Shown one piece after another: positions 33,690 through 39,669 of a stretch of DNA of 39,669 nt. Every line of letters starts with the position of its first letter. Within the stretch, counting starts at the first letter, position 1. Under the pieces are notes generated by a model. That model worked only from the letters and a program-made list of their open reading frames with translations. It was not told the DNA's origin and ran no database searches. The translations under genes and the position numbers were made by a program. Origin of the DNA: an uncultured Methanosarcinales archaeon (GTDB lineage: Archaea > Nanobdellota > Nanobdellia > Woesearchaeales > SKGA01); NCBI GenBank assembly GCA_964498515.1, contig CAZCGV010000001.1, forward strand, positions 1 to 39,669. The letters run 5' to 3'.

Positions 33690-35939
33690 TTACTTTGTAG
33701 TTTTAGAATAGTCTAAATTAAGAATTCTTAAAATTTCATCGGCTTTTTTCTCACCCAATTTATCTATTTTCATCAATTGTTCTTTATTCGACTGAAGAAA
33801 AGATTTTATTGTTTTGAAATGATCCATTATTTTTTTTGCTAGAGCAGGTCCAATAGTTGGAAAAGAAGATACAATATATTCTTGAAGTTCTGCATCCTCT
33901 AATGGTTTGGCGGTATGAAATGTGAATGTATTAGTTTTATTTTCTTGTTCTTTTTTTGCGAAAGCAATTAATAACCTCGCAGATTCGATATAATTTTTAG
34001 TTCTAAATACAGGTATTTTGTATGATAATCCTATTGTTGCCAACATTCCGTCAATCGCAGAAGGATCCACATTTCTAATTTTGTATATGTCTTCTTCTCC
34101 CTCTATGAGTAATATAGGTTTTGAATATTGTGTTATTGATTTTAATTGAACCAATAAGCGACCATCAATAATAGAATCGACAAAATCTTTTACATTTTTG
34201 AATTCAACAACAACATCACTAGAGATTAAAAAATCGCCGACCGATAATTGTTTTAATTTCAAATCAACATTTTCTGTGAGTAAACGTTTAACTAAATCTG
34301 AACCTTTTTCTCTGTGATCAACATACATTGTTAGTTTTTGGTGTGGTTTTGTGAATGAATGTAAGGATTTTTGAGGGGAGTTTTGTGGAATGATTGAGAT
34401 GTCTGTTAAAACTTTAAACATAGTTTTTTCTTTGTGATGTGAAGCCCACCTATATGCTTCATCTCGCGTTCCTTTAGATATTAAGATAGTTACGTTTCCT
34501 TTTGAATGTCTTCCAGTTCGACCCCTTCGTTGTACTGAACGAATCGCACTAGGTATTGGCTCATAAAAGAAAACATGATTTACAGAAGGGATGTCTAAAC
34601 CTTCTTCTGCAACACTTGTTGCAATTAAAACTTGAAATTGGTTTTTTGTGAAATTATTAAGTATTTCTTTTTGTTGCTTTTGTGAAAAACCGACACCATT
34701 CTTTTTAGATTGACCAAAAAAAATATTTGAAGAACATATATTATTTAATTCTTCTTTTAGTTTTGAAGCAGTATCTCTGAATTGCGTGAATATTATTATT
34801 TTGGATTGAGGATTTTCTTCTAACAATTGTTTGAGTTTAGTTTTTAAAAAAATTATTTTTGGGTGAATTTCATTATTTGAGATCGCATTTCTTATTGTAG
34901 CTAAAGATGAAACAAAATTAACATCTTTAACTAAATTTTGTATGGATTTGGCTTTAGATATTCTGCTTTTTGAGAATATTCCTGACATATATTGATTTGC
35001 TGCGAAAAGAGATTGACTTTCCAATAATTCTAAAGAATGATTTAATTTAATTAATTCAGCTAAAACACTCATAGAAATTAATTTAGTGTGATCTATGTTT
35101 CCTTGCGCAATAGATTGTTGTATTTCTCGTTGAGCTTTTAAAATATCTAAATTTGAATTGAAAGATGTTTTTTTAAATCCCATCTCAGCCAATTTATTTT
35201 TTCGAAGTGTTACGCATTTATTCAGATAAGCGATGGCTTTATTTATTTCAGGAGTTAAATAAATTTCTTCCCAAATTAAATCAGTTATTTGTGTATATTT
35301 TTGTACATCTTCATCTTTTGAGGATTTAAATTCAACATTGGATATATGTAAGTTTTTACATATTTGTTCCACCTCTTCTTTTTGTGAACCAGGGGATGCG
35401 GAAAGAGCTAGAATTAAAGGTTCTTTTTGGGTTTCCATATATTTTTGTGCTAAAAAAACATATGCGTAATTTCCACTCGCTCTATGTGCTTCATCAAAAA
35501 TAACTAAAGACACATCATCGAAATTAAAATTCCTTGATATGACGTCATTTTCTATAGTTTGGGGGGTTGAAAAAATAAATTTAGTATTTTGATATAGTTG
35601 TTTTCTTTTTTCAGGAGATATTGTTCCAGTAAATAAATTAAAATCTGTTTCAGGGAATAAAAATTGTTTTTTGAAAGAATTTAGTTGTTGTTCGGCTAAA
35701 GGTTTTGTAGGTGCTAGAAATAAAATTTTGCTTTTTGGAAAAAGAAGTAATCGTTTAGCCGCTAATAACATAGCTATTGCTGTTTTGCCCAATCCTGTAG
35801 GTAGAACAACCAATGTGTTTTGGGTTTGAGAATGTTCATATAAGTCTAATTGATATTTTCGAGGGTTAAAAGATTTTAGCATAAACTTAAACTTATTTTT
35901 AAGTTTATAAATTTTTAGGTGAGTTGACCAGTGTGGCAA
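33690..35939 (-). CDS. hef: Hef-type helicase-nuclease (SF2 helicase + XPF/ERCC4 nuclease + (HhH)2)
   Basis: Helicase motifs are VVLPTGLGKTAIA, VIFDEAHRA, SASPG, TSVAEEGLDIP and QRRGRTGR. The nuclease has VDHREKGS...LSVGDFLIS...VVEFKNVKDFVDSIIDGRL (ERK motif reads EFK). C-terminal HhH is FPTIGPALAKKI...IDKLGEKKA. Start is at 35939 or the ATG at 35882. Confidence 0.85.
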   Translation of the reverse strand: MPHWSTHLKIYKLKNKFKFMLKSFNPRKYQLDLYEHSQTQNTLVVLPTGLGKTAIAMLLAAKRLLLFPKSKILFLAPTKPLAEQQLNSFKKQFLFPETDFNLFTGTISPEKRKQLYQNTKFIFSTPQTIENDVISRNFNFDDVSLVIFDEAHRASGNYAYVFLAQKYMETQKEPLILALSASPGSQKEEVEQICKNLHISNVEFKSSKDEDVQKYTQITDLIWEEIYLTPEINKAIAYLNKCVTLRKNKLAEMGFKKTSFNSNLDILKAQREIQQSIAQGNIDHTKLISMSVLAELIKLNHSLELLESQSLFAANQYMSGIFSKSRISKAKSIQNLVKDVNFVSSLATIRNAISNNEIHPKIIFLKTKLKQLLEENPQSKIIIFTQFRDTASKLKEELNNICSSNIFFGQSKKNGVGFSQKQQKEILNNFTKNQFQVLIATSVAEEGLDIPSVNHVFFYEPIPSAIRSVQRRGRTGRHSKGNVTILISKGTRDEAYRWASHHKEKTMFKVLTDISIIPQNSPQKSLHSFTKPHQKLTMYVDHREKGSDLVKRLLTENVDLKLKQLSVGDFLISSDVVVEFKNVKDFVDSIIDGRLLVQLKSITQYSKPILLIEGEEDIYKIRNVDPSAIDGMLATIGLSYKIPVFRTKNYIESARLLIAFAKKEQENKTNTFTFHTAKPLEDAELQEYIVSSFPTIGPALAKKIMDHFKTIKSFLQSNKEQLMKIDKLGEKKADEILRILNLDYSKTTK

Positions 35940-36620
35940 TCATAATATTTTTAAAAATCCAGCTTTAATTTCATATATTTCACCCATAGAAATTAGTAAA
36001 GTTATGGTTTTTTGAATATCTTGACCATAAAAATCAATTATTTGTTGTGTTGAACAACCATCGCCTGAATCATTTTTTTTTATAAACGCAATTAAATTAT
36101 CAGGAGTTATTTCTTTTTCATCATAATTCTCTATTGAAGGTACTTCAAATTCAATTACATTTGGAGTTTCAATATATTGTGATTCTTCTTCAATCAAATC
36201 AAATTCTTGGTGATTTAGATTTTCAAATGTATCTAAATAAGATTTTCGAAATTCGAACCATTTTTTATTTGAATGTATTTGGTTTTTGTTGAGTATTTCA
36301 CTAACTAAACACAACGAGTTTTCATATTCTCTTATTCTCGCAATAACTAAAATAGAGTCACTAACATTTAAATTATTTTTTTGAATTTCATCCGAAAAAC
36401 AATTAACAGTTATCGTTGCAGTACCATCATCTAATAAAAATTTTGTAGGAGATTCTATTTTAACAACCAACCCTATTGTGTTTAAACGAGAAATTTTACC
36501 AAATTTAGAATCGACGTAGTTAGGATTCCACCCTTCTTGAATAACATATTTTCCTGAGATTAAATATTTTAATGGAATCTTTTTTGCAACTTCTCGTTTA
36601 AATTTATTTTTATTTTCCAT
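35940..36620 (-). CDS. RPA32/Stn1-like protein: OB fold plus C-terminal winged helix
   Basis: OB signature ISRLNTIGLVVKIESPTKFLLDDGTATITVNCF...SDSILVIARIREYENSLCLVSEIL. The C-terminus GCSTQQIIDFYGQDIQKTITLLISMGEIYEIKAGFLKI resembles the RPA32C/Stn1 wH (G-x-IY motif). 5 nt after mcm and abutting hef. Confidence 0.6.
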   Translation of the reverse strand: MENKNKFKREVAKKIPLKYLISGKYVIQEGWNPNYVDSKFGKISRLNTIGLVVKIESPTKFLLDDGTATITVNCFSDEIQKNNLNVSDSILVIARIREYENSLCLVSEILNKNQIHSNKKWFEFRKSYLDTFENLNHQEFDLIEEESQYIETPNVIEFEVPSIENYDEKEITPDNLIAFIKKNDSGDGCSTQQIIDFYGQDIQKTITLLISMGEIYEIKAGFLKIL

Positions 36621-36625
36621 TTAAA

Positions 36626-38668
36626 TCACAATCTAGATATGAAATCTTTTTTAGGACGATAAATGTCCCCACTTCTACTTAATTTTTCAATAGTTTCTTC
36701 TATTTTAGACAACTCTATTCCCTTAGCTTCACATTCTTTTATAACATCCGCTAATGGAAGTATTTTTTTCATAGTTATATTCTCTAAATTGATTAAAACT
36801 TCTTTGACAATGGCGATATGACTTCTTTGGCTTGCAGTTATTCCTGTTGTAATTCGATCTATATCTAATTTTCCAGTTTCAGGATCCAACATGATTTGAC
36901 CTAACGAATAATGCAATAAATTTATTGCTCTTTTAGCATCTTCTTTATTTGCAACTTGAGATAATCTTGCTTTTGCACATGCTTCGGTTAAACGAATTAA
37001 TGCCTCTAATTGACGAGCTGTAATTGGAACGGATTTTATTCCACCTGTATCGCTACCGGAATTTCTTATTTTAACATAATATTTTTCTATTTCTTCGAGA
37101 GCATCATTAGTTAGTTTAGGAAAAACATTTTTCTTCGCGTATGCAATATATTTTTTTAATAAATTTGTATCAATATCCACATTTTTTTCCGTTCGGGTAC
37201 TGTCTTGATGTAAATTTAAAATAAATTTTGCGATTTGAGTATCTTTTTCTCGATCTGGAACATCTCTAACAGGAAACATTAAATCAAAACGAGACATTAA
37301 TGCAGGAGGTAATTCAATTTGTTTTCCTAGAACCTCATATGGATCAAATCTTCCGTATTTAGGGTTAGCTGCTGCAAGTACGGTTGTTTGACATCTTAAA
37401 GTTGCTTGTATGTTCGCTTTACTAATAGTTACGGTTTGTTGTTCTAACGCTTCGTGCATCGCAGAACGATCTTCAGTCGTCATTTTATCTAACTCATCAA
37501 TGCAAACACAACCATTATTTGCTAGAACCAAGGCTCCTGCTTCTAATGCCCATCCTTTCAAAAAATCATCTTTTATAACTGCTGCAGTCAATCCTGCACC
37601 AGATGCCCCTTTTCCAGAAACAAATCTTGATTTAGGAGCTATTACGGAGATTCTTTTTAATAACTGACTTTTTGCAGCACCAGGATCCCCGACCAATAAA
37701 ATGTGTATATCTCCTCTTGTTTTTATTCCATCACTTCTTGGTTTTTGGATGCCTCCAAATTGTTGTAATAATAGTGCTTCTTTTATTTTTTCATAACCAT
37801 AAATTGATGGAGCTAGGTTTGTAACTAAATCTTTAATTAAGGTTGGTTTTTGAGATAATTGAATTATTTTTTCTTCTTCTTCAGGCGTTATAATTACAGC
37901 TCCAAAGTCTTCTTGTAAAGGTTCAACATGATTTCCATCCAATATTAAATCAAATTCAACAGATTTGCCTCCACTTGAGAGCGAAATAGGTATTTCAGAA
38001 ACCACGCCAACCAATCTAATTTGGCTGCCCGGATTTGTTTTTTTCTCACCTATGGGGCTAACTAAATCGTGTTGAAGCAAAACTTTGAAACGCTTTGCTT
38101 GTTCTCCACCATCTAAATTTTCAGTAGGTTCTTCTAAAACTATTTTTTGTATATCTATTAATTCTTTATCTAATAATTTGAATCCTCCTTTTCTACCACA
38201 ACCACATTGGGAGGGTTCTCTGAATTTTTCATCAACTTGTATTATATTCATTATATTTCCACAAGAAGGACATTCAAATTTTGCAGAAATGGCTTTAGGT
38301 CTTACATCTCCCTTTTGACGTATAACTCCGTCCACTTGTATGAGTTTACCTATATGTTTACTTCGAATATTTCTTATAGATACTTTTTGCGCTAAAGGAA
38401 TATTTTTGAATCGTACAAAAAATTCTTTTTGTTTTTTATCTTCATGTAGATCTAATCTTTCAATAGATAAGCTTGCAGTTTTAAAACATTCTTCAGGATA
38501 ATCTAATACTTTTTGCGCTAATTCAGGATTGAAAACCGCTAAATCTTGAAAATCAACTATAATGTAATTTTCACCTCTTTGTAAAGCGGAAATTAAATTC
38601 TCATAATAGAATTTCTCGAAAAAATTTTGAAATATTTTTAATTGCTCCCCCACATCCATTATTTGCAC
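36626..38668 (-). CDS. mcm: minichromosome maintenance (MCM) replicative helicase
   Basis: Zinc motif CPSCGN...CGCGRKG, Walker A GDPGAAKSQLLK, Walker B CVCIDELDKM, arginine finger SRFDL, and a C-terminal wH. 680 aa with no intein-sized insert. Confidence 0.95.
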   Translation of the reverse strand: MQIMDVGEQLKIFQNFFEKFYYENLISALQRGENYIIVDFQDLAVFNPELAQKVLDYPEECFKTASLSIERLDLHEDKKQKEFFVRFKNIPLAQKVSIRNIRSKHIGKLIQVDGVIRQKGDVRPKAISAKFECPSCGNIMNIIQVDEKFREPSQCGCGRKGGFKLLDKELIDIQKIVLEEPTENLDGGEQAKRFKVLLQHDLVSPIGEKKTNPGSQIRLVGVVSEIPISLSSGGKSVEFDLILDGNHVEPLQEDFGAVIITPEEEEKIIQLSQKPTLIKDLVTNLAPSIYGYEKIKEALLLQQFGGIQKPRSDGIKTRGDIHILLVGDPGAAKSQLLKRISVIAPKSRFVSGKGASGAGLTAAVIKDDFLKGWALEAGALVLANNGCVCIDELDKMTTEDRSAMHEALEQQTVTISKANIQATLRCQTTVLAAANPKYGRFDPYEVLGKQIELPPALMSRFDLMFPVRDVPDREKDTQIAKFILNLHQDSTRTEKNVDIDTNLLKKYIAYAKKNVFPKLTNDALEEIEKYYVKIRNSGSDTGGIKSVPITARQLEALIRLTEACAKARLSQVANKEDAKRAINLLHYSLGQIMLDPETGKLDIDRITTGITASQRSHIAIVKEVLINLENITMKKILPLADVIKECEAKGIELSKIEETIEKLSRSGDIYRPKKDFISRL

Positions 38669-38766
38669 CCAGGATGGTGAAATATTAAACCATTCATAAA
38701 TATACGTATTTAGGAAATAAATATATTAGAACATATAGGTTGTAGAAAATAAAAAAAATAAAAGAA

Positions 38767-39333
38767 TTATTTCTTTTCTTTAAGAACTTTAATAAGCATG
38801 TCTACTGCCCTATAAACTTCTTCTACAGATTTTGTGCCTGTACAAACAATTTTTCCATTACTAAATAACAAGAATGTTGCTTTTGCAGCAGGTAGTTTAA
38901 ATACTAATCCTGGAAATTGTTCTGGTTCATATTCTGTGTTGTCTAACTTCATAGCTAACGTGTTTAAATTTAAATCCATACCTATATTTCCACTAGCAAC
39001 CATGTTTTGAACATTGATTTCTGGAACAACTTTAATAGTTATGTCTATTTTTTTTAATGTTTCAATAATTTTATTTAATGATTCTCGGACCATTTCCAAA
39101 CTTTTAGCCCCTGTAGAAACAACTTTGCCTGAACTAAATATTAATGCAGATGTTTTTGGTTCTTTGATTCTAATCACTAAACCTGGAAATTGTTCTGGAT
39201 TATATTCGGTGTTAGAAAGATTTGCGGCCATTTTTTCTAATGGAATGTCGTGGTCTAAACTTGTAGAAACAACAATATTAACAATCGTTATATCTAATTC
39301 TTTTTTCAATTGTTCTAAGCTTTTTTCAGCCAT
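38767..39333 (-). CDS. tbp: TATA-box binding protein
   Basis: Two direct repeats: IVNIVVSTSLDHDIPLEKMAANLSNTEYNPEQFPGLVIRIKEPKTSALIFSSGKVVSTGAKS and VQNMVASGNIGMDLNLNTLAMKLDNTEYEPEQFPGLVFKL...FLLFSNGKIVCTGTKS. Confidence 0.95.
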   Translation of the reverse strand: MAEKSLEQLKKELDITIVNIVVSTSLDHDIPLEKMAANLSNTEYNPEQFPGLVIRIKEPKTSALIFSSGKVVSTGAKSLEMVRESLNKIIETLKKIDITIKVVPEINVQNMVASGNIGMDLNLNTLAMKLDNTEYEPEQFPGLVFKLPAAKATFLLFSNGKIVCTGTKSVEEVYRAVDMLIKVLKEKK

Positions 39334-39559
39334 TTTTAAATACCCCCTAAAAAGTTTAAAATATAAATAGTGGTTGAAAAATCAATCACTTAAAAAAAGC
39401 AAAAGTAAGACTTATTTATAAACACTCCTATTTATCATTTAAAAAGATTTATAAATGAAAAGTCTCAAAACAGTTATAAATTAGATGTTATTAATTTCTT
39501 TTGGAACTTAATTTTGTCTTTATTAGAGGGAATATTATTTTAATTATTTTTGAATCATA

Positions 39560-39581
39560 CCCCTTTATTTCCACTGGAAAT
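39560..39581 (-). promoter_or_regulatory. ORB-like element B (CCCC-TTTATTTCCACTGGAAAT; minus strand ATTTCCAGTGGAAATAAAGGGG)
   Basis: Perfect TTCCA-N-TGGAA dyad followed on the minus strand by a G-run. Near-identical to element A at 13909-13930. A lone GTCTCA lies ~95 bp away at 39462-39467. Confidence 0.55.
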
Positions 39582-39669
39582 TGAAAAAAATAAAATATTA
39601 TGGCTTTTCGAAGAGTAAATTGTATTTTGGTAATAATAATATCATGCCTTCTTTATGACCTGCTCCAAC

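Noticed and set aside
4749-38668. Inteins or other large insertions in GyrA, RadA, MCM, the primase or SecY. Programmed frameshifts or stop-codon recoding.
   Set aside because: All of these proteins have canonical lengths with contiguous motifs. All ORFs close with standard stops and no split or interrupted genes were seen.
574-39370. Numerous 60-140-aa ORFs in the track lying antisense to or nested within well-supported genes. Examples are 574-771+, 1749-1937-, 3628-3816-, 5090-5314-, 5544-5738-, 7722-8017-, 8499-8837+, 9722-10142+, 11859-12281+, 18526-18821+, 23696-24040+, 30032-30400+, 37410-37667+ and 39014-39370+.
   Set aside because: They are shadow ORFs opposite genes with unmistakable family signatures. 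Their translations are low-complexity (F/L/I/S-rich) as expected from the reverse strand of AT-rich coding DNA, and none shows a recognisable motif.
39600-39669. Open reading at the right edge. The plus strand gives ATG at 39600 (MAFRRVNCILVIIISCLLYDLLQ..., signal/TM-like). The minus strand gives a 23-codon C-terminal fragment ending at ~39601.
   Set aside because: Both frames are open and only ~70 nt are visible, so neither strand nor product can be supported. It needs the adjacent sequence.

Overview
AT-rich (roughly 30% GC by eye), gene-dense archaeal chromosome segment read in the standard genetic code. I saw no rRNA, tRNA, CRISPR array, transposase or integrase. The core is the complete archaeal ribosomal-protein supercluster (uL3 to uL15, with aSUI1 and the RNase P protein Rpp29 embedded). 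It is followed by secY, a DUF106/YidC-like insertase, eL34 and eL14. The adk and cmk genes that normally sit between secY and eL34 are absent. This cluster is part of a ~25 kb block transcribed entirely on the minus strand (14674-39333). The block begins with tbp, mcm, an RPA32-like OB-fold gene, hef, pepF and a fused PriS/PriL-CTD primase carrying an extra C-terminal Nudix-like module. The left third holds gyrA (no adjacent gyrB), radB, uS2, a TRAM protein, a TrmB regulator, an ArmA/Rmt (FmrO)-like 16S rRNA methyltransferase overlapping pelota, radA with a tightly coupled small PC4-like gene, scpB, a sequon-rich surface protein, and three tandem paralogous coiled-coil genes. Gene content, the fused primase and lysine-rich r-protein tails suggest a small-genome (DPANN-like) archaeon, but this is inference only. 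The most interesting signals are non-coding. One is a 382-bp gene-free island (13661-14042) packed with GTCTCA/TGAGAC iterons at helical-turn spacing. The other is an ORB-like element (C-run plus TTCC-N-GGAA dyad) with a near-identical second copy at 39560-39581, at the head of the co-directional block. Together these are candidate replication-origin or initiator-binding architecture. All functional calls come from motif recognition in the supplied translations; no database search was run.
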